Positions 38,983 to 50,060 are shown, counted from the first letter of the stretch. The stretch is 64,000 bases of DNA from Calditrichia bacterium (GCA_050633245.1 JBOEGD010000001.1:1-64000); one strand, 5' to 3'. The notes: generated by a model from the sequence alone, not told the origin. Numbers and translations: made by a program.

Positions 38983-40380
38983 TCAGGAATTCTTTTTCTG
39001 CAAACGAACAGCATATGAGCCGTCGATATTGTGACGATGCGGGAAAGTTCTCAATGTGTAATTGTCCCATACGAATATTTCTGCCGGGAAATCGCTAACA
39101 GGTGTTGCAGTAAACTGCGAGTGGTTCGCGAGGAACTGTTCAACTACCCGCTCATTTTCGTCAGGGTCGATTGTGCAGGTGCTATAAACCAGAACGCCAT
39201 TGGGCTTTAGCAGCTCAGAGGCTTTTGCAAGGAGTTTTATTTGAAGCTCCTTCATTTCTTTTATATCCTCGATAGTGCGTTTCCAGCGCAAATCTACCCG
39301 CTTATTCAACACGCCAAACCCAGAGCATGGAGCATCTAGCAGAATACGATCGAAGCCTTCTGAGTCTTCGAACTTCAGGGCATTTACAACTTTGGTGTCT
39401 ACATTGGTAACACCAAGTCGGCTTAAATTCTCGCGCATGACAGCTGCACGCGCCTCATGTTTCTCAAGTGCTACAATACGTCCCGTATTATTCATTTTCT
39501 CTGCTATGTAGCCACATTTCCCACCCGGTGCAGCACACATGTCAAGAACCCGTTCACCGGGCTGTGGATCCAGCAAGTGAACCGGTATTCCGGTGCTGAT
39601 GTCCTGGACAGAGACGGCGCCGGATTGAATAAGCCCAAGTTTACGGAAATCGGAAAAATTTTCGATTCGATAAAAACCAGGCAATTCACCATTGTCCTGA
39701 AAGCCTATATCATTTTCTGTAAGCTGATTGACAAGACCAGGTATATCAGACTTTAAGTGATTTACCCTGACCGTCAGGAGCGGGCGGGAATTATTCGACT
39801 TGCATAAAGCAACCGTCTCATCTATTCCCCACTGTTCTATCCAGCGTTGGATCAGCCACTCGGGATGGCTATAGGTCACAGACATGCGTTCCATAAACTC
39901 GAGATTGAGCTCTGCATATTGTAGTTTCTTTTCTTGCCTGAGATAGTTCCGCAAGATGGCATTAACCAGATTTGCTGTTTTCTGATTAAACCGTTTCTTA
40001 GAAATTTCAACTGCTTCGTTTAGAACAGCATAGGGAGGAATGCGGTCGAGGAACATTAATTGGTATGCAGATGAACGCAGATTGTTTTTTACGTCGGGAA
40101 TCAGATTGTTATATTCTCCGACATAGAGCTGCTTCAAATACCAGTCTAGCCGATATTGCCAACGCAATACACCATTAACGGTTTCTGTTATCAACCGCTT
40201 ATCAGGATCGTTAAAAGAGTTCAACTCTTTCTCCAGAAGGCGGTCGGTATAGGACTGCCGTGTTTCTACCCGAGTTAATATCTCAATAATGCGAGTTCGG
40301 GCATTAATCTGAGAGTCAAAATCCTTGCCTGTTTTTGGATCCTTAGAAGAAAGAGGGTCTTTCGTTTTTTGCTTAGTCAT
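38983..40380 (-). CDS. rsmB: 16S rRNA m5C967 methyltransferase RsmB (NusB domain + methyltransferase)
   Basis: NAILR, SHPEWL, VQD, DMCAAPGGK, LLDAPCSG, YSTCT..ENE. Confidence 0.95.
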   Translation of the reverse strand: MTKQKTKDPLSSKDPKTGKDFDSQINARTRIIEILTRVETRQSYTDRLLEKELNSFNDPDKRLITETVNGVLRWQYRLDWYLKQLYVGEYNNLIPDVKNNLRSSAYQLMFLDRIPPYAVLNEAVEISKKRFNQKTANLVNAILRNYLRQEKKLQYAELNLEFMERMSVTYSHPEWLIQRWIEQWGIDETVALCKSNNSRPLLTVRVNHLKSDIPGLVNQLTENDIGFQDNGELPGFYRIENFSDFRKLGLIQSGAVSVQDISTGIPVHLLDPQPGERVLDMCAAPGGKCGYIAEKMNNTGRIVALEKHEARAAVMRENLSRLGVTNVDTKVVNALKFEDSEGFDRILLDAPCSGFGVLNKRVDLRWKRTIEDIKEMKELQIKLLAKASELLKPNGVLVYSTCTIDPDENERVVEQFLANHSQFTATPVSDFPAEIFVWDNYTLRTFPHRHNIDGSYAVRLQKKNS

Positions 40381-40540
40381 GTCTCTGTCAAAAAGGCTTT
40401 TTGGCTATTGGGTTAGCAGATCATTAATGATCTCAATAAATATAGCAAAAATTTGAAGAGAGTAAACCTGTTTTTAAGGAATTATTTTTTTAAGACTTAA
40501 GTCCAATAAAATCGCTTAATGGGCGTTTTGGGGAGGGGGA

Positions 40541-40568
40541 ATTTTCGGGGCCGCTTTGCCCCGAAAAT
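40541..40568 (-). terminator. Hairpin downstream of citrate synthase
   Basis: ATTTTCGGGGC-cgcttt-GCCCCGAAAAT. Confidence 0.6.
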
Positions 40569-40578
40569 CACTACGTTC

Positions 40579-41925
40579 TTAGGTTCTGTCGCTCAGGTTT
40601 TGATACGTTGCGGCTGTCGCAACACTCTTATAGCCGGGGCGAATAATTCTACCACCATTGATGATCTCATCAATTCGGTGTGAAGACCAGCCAACAACAC
40701 GAGCCATTGCAAATAGCGGTGTATAAATTTCAACCGGGAATTTCATCATATCATAAACGAAGCCTGAGAAAAAATCAACATTTGGCGAAATAACCTTTGT
40801 CGATTTTTTGATATCGCTAAAAAGGCCGGGCGTTAATTTCTCGATTGTAAGATATAAATTAAACTCATCCATTCGTCCGGTATCTTCAGCGAGTTGTTTC
40901 GCCTTCTTTTTAAGTACAACAGCACGTGGGTCGGATTTAGTATAGACTGCGTGACCCATTCCATATACAAGTCCGCTTTTATTATGAGCTTCTTTGCGAA
41001 TAATTTTAGCAAGATAGTCACTTACCTGGCCTTCATTACCCCAGTCCTTCACGTTGGACTTTATGTTATCCATCATATACATAACGTTGGAGTTTGCTGC
41101 ACCGTGCAGCGGACCTTTCAAAGCCCCGGTTGCCGCAGCAATAGCGCTGTAGGTATCGGTAAGGCTCGAACTAACAACGTGAGAAGTAAAAGACGAGTTG
41201 TTTCCGCCACCGTGTTCAGCATGCAGGATTAAAGCAAGATCAAGAATTTCCGCTTCCAGAGATGTGAACTGACTGTCCGGTCGTAGCATGTGCAGGAAAT
41301 TTTCTGCAATGTCGTATCCTTCTTTCGGCGGGTTAATGAAAAGGGATTCATCATTGTATTTATTTCGCATTGCGCGAAATGAGTAAGCAATAATCGCCGG
41401 AAACTTTGCGATTAACTCCATGCTTTGACGGATCAGGTTCTCAATATCTGTCGCGTCAGGATTTTCATCAAGAGTATAAAGCATCAGGGTCATACGCTGT
41501 AACGCGTTCATAACGTTTGCGCTGGTATACTGCAAAATTCCGGTGCCCACGAGACGTCGTGGAACGGCCATCATAGGATAAAGTGCGTTTTCGAATTCCT
41601 TTAGCTCGGCAGCCGTTGGCAGTTCACCGAAAAGTAAAAGATGGCTCACTTCAGCAAAGCCGTGGCGACCGTCGTTCTGAAATCCTGCAACCAATTCCTG
41701 TATATCAATTCCACGATACGAAAGCCTCCCATCTACAGGAACCAGTTTGTCATCGACTTTTTCCGACCCGATAACGCCTGAAATTCTGGTTAATCCGGCT
41801 AATACACCCGAACCATTTGCGTTACGTAATCCGCGCTTTACATCCAACTCGGTGTATAGCTCGCGGTCAATTTTGTTGTTTTCTATTACCTTCTCTGCTG
41901 CACGGTTGACGAAATTGCTGCTCAT
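40579..41925 (-). CDS. gltA: Citrate synthase
   Basis: LSYRG, LHAEHGGGNNS, GPLHGAAN, GMGHAVY..SDPR, NVDFFSG, FAMAR. Confidence 0.95.
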   Translation of the reverse strand: MSSNFVNRAAEKVIENNKIDRELYTELDVKRGLRNANGSGVLAGLTRISGVIGSEKVDDKLVPVDGRLSYRGIDIQELVAGFQNDGRHGFAEVSHLLLFGELPTAAELKEFENALYPMMAVPRRLVGTGILQYTSANVMNALQRMTLMLYTLDENPDATDIENLIRQSMELIAKFPAIIAYSFRAMRNKYNDESLFINPPKEGYDIAENFLHMLRPDSQFTSLEAEILDLALILHAEHGGGNNSSFTSHVVSSSLTDTYSAIAAATGALKGPLHGAANSNVMYMMDNIKSNVKDWGNEGQVSDYLAKIIRKEAHNKSGLVYGMGHAVYTKSDPRAVVLKKKAKQLAEDTGRMDEFNLYLTIEKLTPGLFSDIKKSTKVISPNVDFFSGFVYDMMKFPVEIYTPLFAMARVVGWSSHRIDEIINGGRIIRPGYKSVATAATYQNLSDRT

Positions 41926-42070
41926 ACGTACCTTTTCCTCTTCAGTTTTTAGCGTCGGTGGCCTGAATTTAACAAGCAGATCAAACTAGCGTATGCAGAA
42001 CACCCCCTCTTACGTTGATTGTAATGTAACTACTCAACAAAAAATTTGCCAGTAACGTTTCAAATAAAAA

Positions 42071-44038
42071 CTAATCTTCTTGAATCAATGTCAGGGCATC
42101 CTCTGCTTTTTCAAGCATGGCAGCAGCAGATATCTGCTCTCCAAGTGCTTTCTGCATCCAAACCTGCGGAGCAAGGCAGCCCAGTTTACACATTCGCTCC
42201 ATTTCCCGCGCCAGATTACGCTTTTTCAAATAACTTTCAATTTGAAAAGCAATAATATGACCAATTGCATAGTCTGGTATATACATACCGCAGTAAAGTA
42301 TGTGAGAATAGATCGCGAGAATATGTTGGTTCTTCGAACCAAAAAGCGGGGTAAAATAGGTGTTCCAAATGTCCGCTGAAAGCATAAGAACCGCCTCTTT
42401 AAGTGCTTCAGGTCCAGCTTCTGGATTCTCGTACATCCAGCGCCAAATTCGCATGTCGAGCAGTGAAACGCCTGCAATTTCCAGGGTTTGCCATACAGTG
42501 TGCAACGTTTCAGATGCTTCTGATAGTACATCGTCTTTTGATAAGCCAAGTACCTGTAGATCTCTGCCTTGAAACACAAAGGCAAAGGCCTCAGTGAATG
42601 CGGTGTTTGGTACCCCCTCCAGCGTATAATAATCAATGTCGTTCATTGAAAAAACCTGCTCAACACTATGACCCAGCTCGTGCATGGCGGTATTAAACCC
42701 CTTGTAGTCCATTCCGGAACTCGGCACTCTCGTTCGTAAATGAGCGGTATCCTTACGCATTTGCGCTCCCAGGGCATGGCCAGCTCCCCTGGCGGCGTCT
42801 ACTTTAATGTAGCGTTGAAGGTAGGTGGATTTGCGCTTTGAGAAACCCAGCCCATGAAGAATATCAGACAGGCCTTTTTCAAAAGACTTTGTGTCGGAAA
42901 ATGCTTTCTGCACTTGGGCATCCAATTCTAATTCTGATGTACTTCCACTTGCGGCAAACCCGGAATACCAGATGTCAAAAGGTTCCAGTTTACGCCCCAT
43001 GCGTTTTCGAATCAAATCTGCAATTCGAGATAAGACCGGCGCATCCAGCACGCTGTGCAATAGCGCCTCAACGTTCTTTTCAGAAATCTCGCGGTTTTGC
43101 TTAAAACGACGATCTATCAAAGAAGGGGCCGAGGGCGTGAACGCATCCAGTTGTCGTTCAGCTTCAAAGGTAGACCATAAACAGGAATAACGGCGATTTT
43201 TCTCCGGGGAATCGTCTGCTGTGTGTCCCTGGTGCGGAGAAAGTTTATTTGAGTCGGGCTGCCAGTCTGCATTGGGATTGTTAATTGCCCCCTGTGGAAT
43301 TTCCTGTGAAATAATACGCTGCATGACTTTCTCAATCAGCTTTTGCTTTTCAAGTCCGTCCGGCTCAGCATACTGAGCCTTGATCTCGTCTCGCAGTCCC
43401 CAGTGACTAATTAGTTTCATCTCTTTCGGGAAAACACGTTTTCCGGATTTGTTAAGCAAATTGTGCATGTAAATATTATAGGAGTACACGTAGTCTTCTG
43501 CTGCTGCGTAAATGCTGGTGCGATGTTGTTTCACATGGCCGGGAATTCGTTCATCGAATCGGTCGGCCAATCTGGCATCGGCCCAAACATGTCGCTCCCA
43601 GGTCAAACCATCGCGATTTTTCTCTTCCAGCGTATAAAGTGGAAAGTTTAGAAGAGCAACAAATGCCAGGCGGGCTTTGAATAAATCTTCCTGGATATGT
43701 GCAAATACATCGAAATTGGCGAAAAGAGAATCTACTGGCTGCATCTCACCGGTGTCGACATGTAGTGCCCAGTTTAGTTCGCGATAGGTGCGGTGAAAGT
43801 TGCCGTATATCGACTCCAGATGTGACTGAAATCGATCGCGTAATCGGGTTAGCTTTTCCGAGTCGGAAATGAAATGCTGTTGGCAAAACTCATCGAATGT
43901 TTGATTATCTCCATCATCATCAGACCAGCGTGCTGCGACCTGACGAACGCCGCGATCTATTCGTGATTTCTGCCCTTTACCATGTGTGTTGATCAGTGAC
44001 TCTATTGTCTGGCGGGTGGCTGCAACAATACTGCTCAT
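42071..44038 (-). CDS. Uncharacterised gluzincin metallopeptidase (M2/M3-like)
   Basis: HELGH with downstream TEAFA third-ligand Glu, plus H..Y...PDYAIG; start placed after a GAGGAA RBS (ORF track start 44083). Confidence 0.7.
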   Translation of the reverse strand: MSSIVAATRQTIESLINTHGKGQKSRIDRGVRQVAARWSDDDGDNQTFDEFCQQHFISDSEKLTRLRDRFQSHLESIYGNFHRTYRELNWALHVDTGEMQPVDSLFANFDVFAHIQEDLFKARLAFVALLNFPLYTLEEKNRDGLTWERHVWADARLADRFDERIPGHVKQHRTSIYAAAEDYVYSYNIYMHNLLNKSGKRVFPKEMKLISHWGLRDEIKAQYAEPDGLEKQKLIEKVMQRIISQEIPQGAINNPNADWQPDSNKLSPHQGHTADDSPEKNRRYSCLWSTFEAERQLDAFTPSAPSLIDRRFKQNREISEKNVEALLHSVLDAPVLSRIADLIRKRMGRKLEPFDIWYSGFAASGSTSELELDAQVQKAFSDTKSFEKGLSDILHGLGFSKRKSTYLQRYIKVDAARGAGHALGAQMRKDTAHLRTRVPSSGMDYKGFNTAMHELGHSVEQVFSMNDIDYYTLEGVPNTAFTEAFAFVFQGRDLQVLGLSKDDVLSEASETLHTVWQTLEIAGVSLLDMRIWRWMYENPEAGPEALKEAVLMLSADIWNTYFTPLFGSKNQHILAIYSHILYCGMYIPDYAIGHIIAFQIESYLKKRNLAREMERMCKLGCLAPQVWMQKALGEQISAAAMLEKAEDALTLIQED

Positions 44039-44140
44039 ATTTTTCCTCACTTCCGTCGTCTGGTAGGCGCTATGCAGCGCCATTCTAACATTCCATGTTT
44101 CGTTCCATTTTCTTCATTTAAATGTATAACGGAAGTGGGG

Positions 44141-44197
44141 AAGTTTGGAGCAGTTTTAAAAGTAATTTGGAGCAGTTTTCAAAACTGCTCCAAACTT
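44141..44197. repeat. REP-like palindrome with duplicated left arm (TTTGGAGCAGTTTT)
   Basis: Left arms at 44141-44157 and 44166-44179; right arm AAAACTGCTCCAAACTT at 44181-44197. Confidence 0.8.
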
Positions 44198-44205
44198 AAG
44201 CCTGA

Positions 44206-44970
44206 TCAATTTACGACTCTCGCGCGCACCCCAAAATTTACGTTGTCCTTCAGCCACGAGAAAAAACGCTGCTGCGATTTTAGTGGGGTTTCCGGCATAA
44301 ATATATCCGGATCCTTCCAGGTTCGCATCACTTCCGCATCCTGCGTCCAAACCTTAACGCGCTTGCGCTTCACCTCTGTCTGCCAACGTGTAGCGACAAC
44401 CGCATCGGTATAAAGCAGCCTCAACGTTACGTTTCTGGAAAGAGTTTCAAGAGGCTTTACGGCAACGCTTTCGTAGGGAGTTGCCCCCTCCTTGCTGATA
44501 TCGGGAATGCCATCACTTAGCATAACGATAGAGATTGGCCGCAGTAACAGGTTCTTATTCTTTATATGAAGCGCGATTTGCTCGAAAAAAGCGTTGTAAT
44601 CAGTAAATCGGTTTACCTTTCCTCTGGGAAATATCTCTCGCAGGCGTTCTCTTATTTCATCTACAGACTTGTTTTGAAAGGTCTGAATCGGGTAAAATGT
44701 TTTCGGTTCGTCCGCGGTGGCACCACCTATTGAGCTGACAAATAGCTTCTGCGGTGTTTCGAGCTCGCCCAGTTTGTTGAGATGGCTATAAATATAATGA
44801 GCGAGAAAATCCAGTGAGTCTTCAAAGTATGGGCTCTTGGCAAAGGAGCCGCTAATGTCGACTCCTACAAACATGCAGAGCCTGGGTTTCTTCTCGCCGG
44901 TTGTAAGACAGCTGATCGTAAAGAAGGATAATAAAAGCAATATAATGGCGAAATATTTATGTCTATTCAT
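44206..44970 (-). CDS. Lipoprotein with VWA/MIDAS-like motif
   Basis: Lipobox TISC; VGVDISGS (DxSxS), TDY and MLSDG as in VWA domains. Confidence 0.7.
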   Translation of the reverse strand: MNRHKYFAIILLLLSFFTISCLTTGEKKPRLCMFVGVDISGSFAKSPYFEDSLDFLAHYIYSHLNKLGELETPQKLFVSSIGGATADEPKTFYPIQTFQNKSVDEIRERLREIFPRGKVNRFTDYNAFFEQIALHIKNKNLLLRPISIVMLSDGIPDISKEGATPYESVAVKPLETLSRNVTLRLLYTDAVVATRWQTEVKRKRVKVWTQDAEVMRTWKDPDIFMPETPLKSQQRFFSWLKDNVNFGVRARVVN

Positions 44971-45011
44971 GATGTATTCTCTCTCTTAATCTATTTTTCA
45001 ACCCCTTTTGG

Positions 45012-46247
45012 CTAGGCGTCGCGTAGCGATTGTTCTTTTCTATCCATTTTTTTCATGAGTGTGTTCGCGCTGCCGATTTCGCTGATGCTCTTGAAGGGAA
45101 GCTCAAACAAGTGCTTACCGTTAATAAGTAGAGCACAAAAGTTTATCGCTGCGGCGACTATCTGGAGTGGGGGAAGCATAAATGTAGATAGTAGATGTTC
45201 ACCCTTATCCTCAACCCAACTAATATCGGAGCGGATTTTAGCCAAAAATGAAGAGAACACTTCCGTATAAGATGGCTTAGGTTCTGGCGCTTTCTTGGCA
45301 TTTTTCTCAGATCCTGTTTCCTGTTCTTCAACACCGCGCCCCTGAATCATTGAGAGAATGACAGGGGTGCCATGTGCTGCAAACAGAAACCACGACAGGC
45401 TTCGAATACCAAACCAGGCAAGTGCAGCAATGGCAAGGGTCGAAAATAATCCGAGTTCAAAATTGTCTGAATATTGCGCGAACCATGGAACCAGCGCATC
45501 AACAAACTCGCGATACAGAAACAACACCTCAACCATAAGTACCACAACCTCAATTACAAGAACGCCCAAAATTGCCGGAATATTTTTACTCTTCACTACC
45601 TCAAGAAAATTTGCCAATACGGCGTAACTCCCCAAAATTACCAGTAGCATAAAGATGAAGAGTGGAATACGAATCATTGTCTCGCTGAGTTGTTCACCAG
45701 TAATATTAGAGAAGGTGTCTATCACCAACGGAGTGGTTACATAGGTAAAGATAATGGCTTCGATAAAACACCAGAAGAGAGTCAGGACAACAGCAACCCA
45801 CGGGACGCTGGATTTTAATACGTGCTGGCCACCCTGTCGTAAAACTCTGAACGGCAGTAATATTGTATCATGCAGAATGGAGAGTATTCCCATCACGGTA
45901 ATTTTGATGAGGCCTACCAGTGCTGCAACCAGATAGAGCAGGAAACGCACAACCCCACCCCAAAATGCCACAATAGATTTCCCCATGTCCCACCACGTAA
46001 TGAAGATGAGCGTAATAAATTGCTGTCGGTTTTGCCGAACCAGCACCGTTAACATGCATGCTACGGTTAACCAGCAGGCAAAAATAATTGCTGCGACAGG
46101 AAGTAGAAGCAAGCAGCGTTTTGCAAGCATAATCCACATGTCGTCTGAACTTCCCCAGGCAAACGCCAGGAAGGAATCCTGAAAGAAGGTTGGGAAGAAT
46201 AGTATTGCTACAAGCATTTTAATTAAGGCGCTGTTATCAGAAAGCAT
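45012..46247 (-). CDS. Polytopic membrane protein of unknown function
   Basis: Roughly 8-9 hydrophobic segments; ATG 46247 follows GAGGGG (ORF track start 46400). Confidence 0.75.
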   Translation of the reverse strand: MLSDNSALIKMLVAILFFPTFFQDSFLAFAWGSSDDMWIMLAKRCLLLLPVAAIIFACWLTVACMLTVLVRQNRQQFITLIFITWWDMGKSIVAFWGGVVRFLLYLVAALVGLIKITVMGILSILHDTILLPFRVLRQGGQHVLKSSVPWVAVVLTLFWCFIEAIIFTYVTTPLVIDTFSNITGEQLSETMIRIPLFIFMLLVILGSYAVLANFLEVVKSKNIPAILGVLVIEVVVLMVEVLFLYREFVDALVPWFAQYSDNFELGLFSTLAIAALAWFGIRSLSWFLFAAHGTPVILSMIQGRGVEEQETGSEKNAKKAPEPKPSYTEVFSSFLAKIRSDISWVEDKGEHLLSTFMLPPLQIVAAAINFCALLINGKHLFELPFKSISEIGSANTLMKKMDRKEQSLRDA

Positions 46248-46613
46248 AATTAACCCCTCGGTTTTAATTCCCGTTGGTGGGAAAATGTGATACACGTCAA
46301 AAATTTGACTGCTTTTGTAAAAATACTGCACAGCCTGACAGGCTCCCTTTTGAGCCCCGCAAGAACGATATCCCTTTATTACCTGCTGATAATGCGACAC
46401 TTACCTATGGCGCGATGAGGGTTATACGAGTTTTACAGGTGTAAATTGCCCGTATCAACGTTCTGAATAAGGCAATTTGCATACCTGAAAATTAAAAAGG
46501 GGTTTTGGTAAGACATGTTGGAGAAAATATGAAGCGGAGATAACCCTTGATATCGAGGTGTCGAATTTTTAGAATATAGCTTCTGTTCGAAACTCATTCG
46601 AGAAAGGTTAAAT

Positions 46614-47342
46614 ATGAAAGTTTTAGGTGTTGACGTTGGTGGATCAGGAATAAAAGGAGCAATTGTTGATACGAATACGGGGGTACTGCTTGAAGAACGT
46701 TTTCGTTTGGATACTCCGCAGCCGGCGCATCCTGATGTCGTTGCAGAAACCGTAAACAAAGTAGTAAAACATTTTGATTGGAAGGGGCCGGTTGGCTGTG
46801 GATTTCCTGCTGTTGTTCGCAATGGATTAGTTAAGACAGCGTCAAACATTTCTAAAAAATGGATTAATGTGTCTGCTGAAAAGCTGTTCTCCAAGACTAC
46901 TGGCTGCGAGGTTCGGGTCATGAATGATGCCGATGTTGCTGGTCTTGCCGAAATGAAGTTTGGGGCAGGCAAGGGTAATATGGGGAGTATTGTCATGATT
47001 ACAATCGGAACCGGATTGGGCAGTGCGCTGTTTCGAAACGGTATTTTATTCCCCAATACCGAGTTTGGGCATTTCAAGCTAAAGGGCGATATTGCTGAAC
47101 ACTATGCGGCAAACTCGGTGCGGAAAAAAGAAGACCTCAGCTGGAAAAAGTGGGGAAAACGCTTCAATCACTATCTGGAAGAGGTTGAGTTACTTGTTGC
47201 ACCGGACCTGATAATTCTTGGTGGTGGGGCCAGTAAAAAAATTGATCGTTTTGAAGACGAAATTGAAATTGAAACAGAAGTCGTTACCGCTACGTTATTA
47301 AACGAAGCGGGAATTGTTGGTGCTGCCCTATCAATTTTATAA
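46614..47342 (+). CDS. ppgK: ROK-family polyphosphate glucokinase
   Basis: GVDVGGSGIKGA, NDADVAGLAE, GTGLGSALF, PNTEFGH, GGGASK, NEAGIVGAA. Confidence 0.9.
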   Translation: MKVLGVDVGGSGIKGAIVDTNTGVLLEERFRLDTPQPAHPDVVAETVNKVVKHFDWKGPVGCGFPAVVRNGLVKTASNISKKWINVSAEKLFSKTTGCEVRVMNDADVAGLAEMKFGAGKGNMGSIVMITIGTGLGSALFRNGILFPNTEFGHFKLKGDIAEHYAANSVRKKEDLSWKKWGKRFNHYLEEVELLVAPDLIILGGGASKKIDRFEDEIEIETEVVTATLLNEAGIVGAALSIL

Positions 47343-47351
47343 CTAACGACA

Positions 47352-48152
47352 ATGGAGATGAATATGCGTTCTCATGAAGTGGACTATGAAGTATTTGGTG
47401 ATGATTTGCAGGTAGTCGAAGTAGAGCTGGATCCCGGAGAAACAGTAATTGCAGAAGCCGGTGCAATGAACTGGATGGAAGAGAATATTGAGTTTGAGGC
47501 GCGAATGGGCGATGGTTCGACCGCTGAACAGGGACTTCTTGGAAAACTCATGAATGTAGGTAAACGCGTATTAACCGGCGAATCGATTTTTATGACGCAC
47601 TTTACAAACAGTGGCTCTGGCAAACGGCGAGTTGCTTTTGGTGCACCGTATCCCGGAAAGATAATGCCCATTGATTTGGATGAAGTAAATGGAGAGTTAC
47701 TCTGTCAAAAAGATGCATTCTTATGTGCAGCATTAGGTACACAGGTAACAATTGCGTTTAATAAGCGCCTTGGCTCTGGTTTCTTCGGCGGTGAAGGTTT
47801 TATTCTACAGCGCCTGAAAGGCGATGGTATGACTTTTATACACGCCGGAGGAACGGTCATCAAGAAGGAGCTGAGAGGAGAAACCCTGCGGGTAGATACC
47901 GGTTGTCTTGTCGCGTTTACTAAAGGAGTCGATTATAATATTCAAGCAGCGGGCGGATTAAAATCTATGTTCTTTGGTGGCGAGGGCATTTTTCTGGCCA
48001 CTTTAAAAGGACATGGAACGGTTTATTTACAGAGCCTTCCGTTTTCAAGACTTGCCGACCGCGTGCTGCAACACGCCCCTTCTGTTACCGGTAGAAGTAA
48101 GGGAGAAGGCTCGGTTTTGGGATCGCTCGGAGGCATGATCTCCGGTGATTAG
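47352..48152 (+). CDS. TIGR00266/AIM24 family protein
   Basis: [43 protein letters not shown]. Confidence 0.9.
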   Translation: MEMNMRSHEVDYEVFGDDLQVVEVELDPGETVIAEAGAMNWMEENIEFEARMGDGSTAEQGLLGKLMNVGKRVLTGESIFMTHFTNSGSGKRRVAFGAPYPGKIMPIDLDEVNGELLCQKDAFLCAALGTQVTIAFNKRLGSGFFGGEGFILQRLKGDGMTFIHAGGTVIKKELRGETLRVDTGCLVAFTKGVDYNIQAAGGLKSMFFGGEGIFLATLKGHGTVYLQSLPFSRLADRVLQHAPSVTGRSKGEGSVLGSLGGMISGD

Positions 48153-48249
48153 ATTAAAGAAATACCATCAACTGATTCTAAATACATCCTTATCACAATG
48201 CAGGAAACCATCCTGCGATATTACCTATGTCATGACATTGAGGCCAATT

Positions 48250-50037
48250 ATGAAAAGAGCAATTTTCACCGCATTTCTTGCCGCGTTCGTTGCATGCGCT
48301 GCGCCCGATTCGCTAAGTCAAAAAACCGTTCAGACTTTTTTAGACGATTATAACACTGAATTCCAGAGTTTGTATTATGCCTCGGCAGAAGCAGAATGGA
48401 AGTCTAATACTTACATAGTTGAAGGCGATGAAGAAACAGAGGCTGCAACAAAATCTGCTAATGAAGCATTTGCCTCGTTTACCGGAAGCAAAGAAAACAT
48501 AGAGAAAGCTACGATTTTTCTAAAGGCCAGAAAGGAGTTGACTCCGCTTCAGGTTAAGCAGCTTGAGAGTATCCTGTATACCGCCGCAAATAATCCGCAA
48601 ACTGTTCCAGCGCTGGTTAAGCAGCGCATTGAGGCAGAGGCTAAGCAAACCAGCAAGCTATATGGCTTTCCGTTTAAGTTAAATGAAAAAGATATCACAA
48701 CAGGCGGACTCGACCGCATACTCCGCGAAGGCAAAAAGCTTGATGAGCGTCTCGCGGCGTGGGAAGCAAGCAAAGAAGTTGGAACTGTGCTAAAAGACGG
48801 CTTACAGAATTTGCGCAAGCTGCGTAATGAAACGGTAAAAGCTCTGGGCTATAGTGACTACTTCAGCTATCAGGTTTCAGACTATGGAATGACAACTAAA
48901 GAAATGATGGAAATGAATCAGCGTTTTCTTCAGGAAATTCGTCCGCTTTTTCGCGAACTCCATACCTATGCGAGATATGAATTAGCGAAGCGCTACGGTG
49001 CTCAGGAGGTGCCGGAGTATCTCCCGGCACATTGGCTGCCAAACCGCTGGGGGCAGGATTGGAGCTCGATGATCACTGTAGAAGGCCTGGATCTCAACGG
49101 TGCGCTTAAAGACAAAAGTCCCGAATGGATTGTTCGTGAAGGCGAAGAATTTTACAAAAGCATTGGGCTGGGGCCATTACCAAAAAGCTTCTATGAGAAG
49201 TCTGATATGTATCCGCTTCCAGAAGGCACAGACTATAAGAAAAATAATCATGCTTCGGCATGGCACATGAATTTGGAAAATGATATTCGTTGTTTGATGA
49301 GCGTCGAGCCGACAGCGGATTATTATGAAACGGTTCATCACGAGTTGGGACATATTTATTACTATATCGCATATACCAATCCGGATGTGCCACTGTTACT
49401 GCGTGGTGGTGCGAATCGCGCGTATCATGAAGGTGTTGGAAGCTTGCTTGGCTTGGCAGCAATGCAAAAGCCGTTTTTGGTTGGACGTGGTTTAATTGCT
49501 GAGGATAGTAAGACCGATGAACTACGCACTTTGTTGCGTGAGGCGTTAAACTATATCGTATTTATGCCATTCTCATCAGGTGTAATGACAGAATTTGAGT
49601 ACGAGCTTTACTCCAATAATCTTCCAGTTGATCAATACAATGCGAAGTGGTGGGAGCTGAAGAAGAAACATCAGGGAATTGTAGCGCCTTCTGGTCGTGG
49701 AGAGGAATATTGTGATGCCGCCTCGAAAACACACATCAACAACGACGCTGCGCAATATTATGACTATGCGCTTTCCTATGTGTTGTTGTTTCAGTTACAC
49801 GATCATATCTCGCGCAATATTTTAAAAAGCAACCCACGCGCAACCAACTATTATGGAAATAAAGAAGTTGGTTCCTTCCTGCAGTCTATTCTTTCAAAGG
49901 GTGCTAGTGAGGATTGGCGCGAGTTGATGAAGGAGACTCTTGGTGAAGAACTAAGTGCCAGTGCAATGCTTACCTATTTCGAGCCGTTGACTGAATATCT
50001 TAAAGAGCAAAATAAGGGTCGTAAGCATACCCTGTAA
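48250..50037 (+). CDS. M2-family peptidyl-dipeptidase (ACE-like) lipoprotein
   Basis: LPAHWL, HASAW, HHELGHIYY, GANRAYHEGVG, DAASKTHI, YFEPL; lipobox FVAC (ORF track start 48145). Confidence 0.93.
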   Translation: MKRAIFTAFLAAFVACAAPDSLSQKTVQTFLDDYNTEFQSLYYASAEAEWKSNTYIVEGDEETEAATKSANEAFASFTGSKENIEKATIFLKARKELTPLQVKQLESILYTAANNPQTVPALVKQRIEAEAKQTSKLYGFPFKLNEKDITTGGLDRILREGKKLDERLAAWEASKEVGTVLKDGLQNLRKLRNETVKALGYSDYFSYQVSDYGMTTKEMMEMNQRFLQEIRPLFRELHTYARYELAKRYGAQEVPEYLPAHWLPNRWGQDWSSMITVEGLDLNGALKDKSPEWIVREGEEFYKSIGLGPLPKSFYEKSDMYPLPEGTDYKKNNHASAWHMNLENDIRCLMSVEPTADYYETVHHELGHIYYYIAYTNPDVPLLLRGGANRAYHEGVGSLLGLAAMQKPFLVGRGLIAEDSKTDELRTLLREALNYIVFMPFSSGVMTEFEYELYSNNLPVDQYNAKWWELKKKHQGIVAPSGRGEEYCDAASKTHINNDAAQYYDYALSYVLLFQLHDHISRNILKSNPRATNYYGNKEVGSFLQSILSKGASEDWRELMKETLGEELSASAMLTYFEPLTEYLKEQNKGRKHTL

Positions 50038-50060
50038 GTTGCAATATAGCTAAAATCGTA

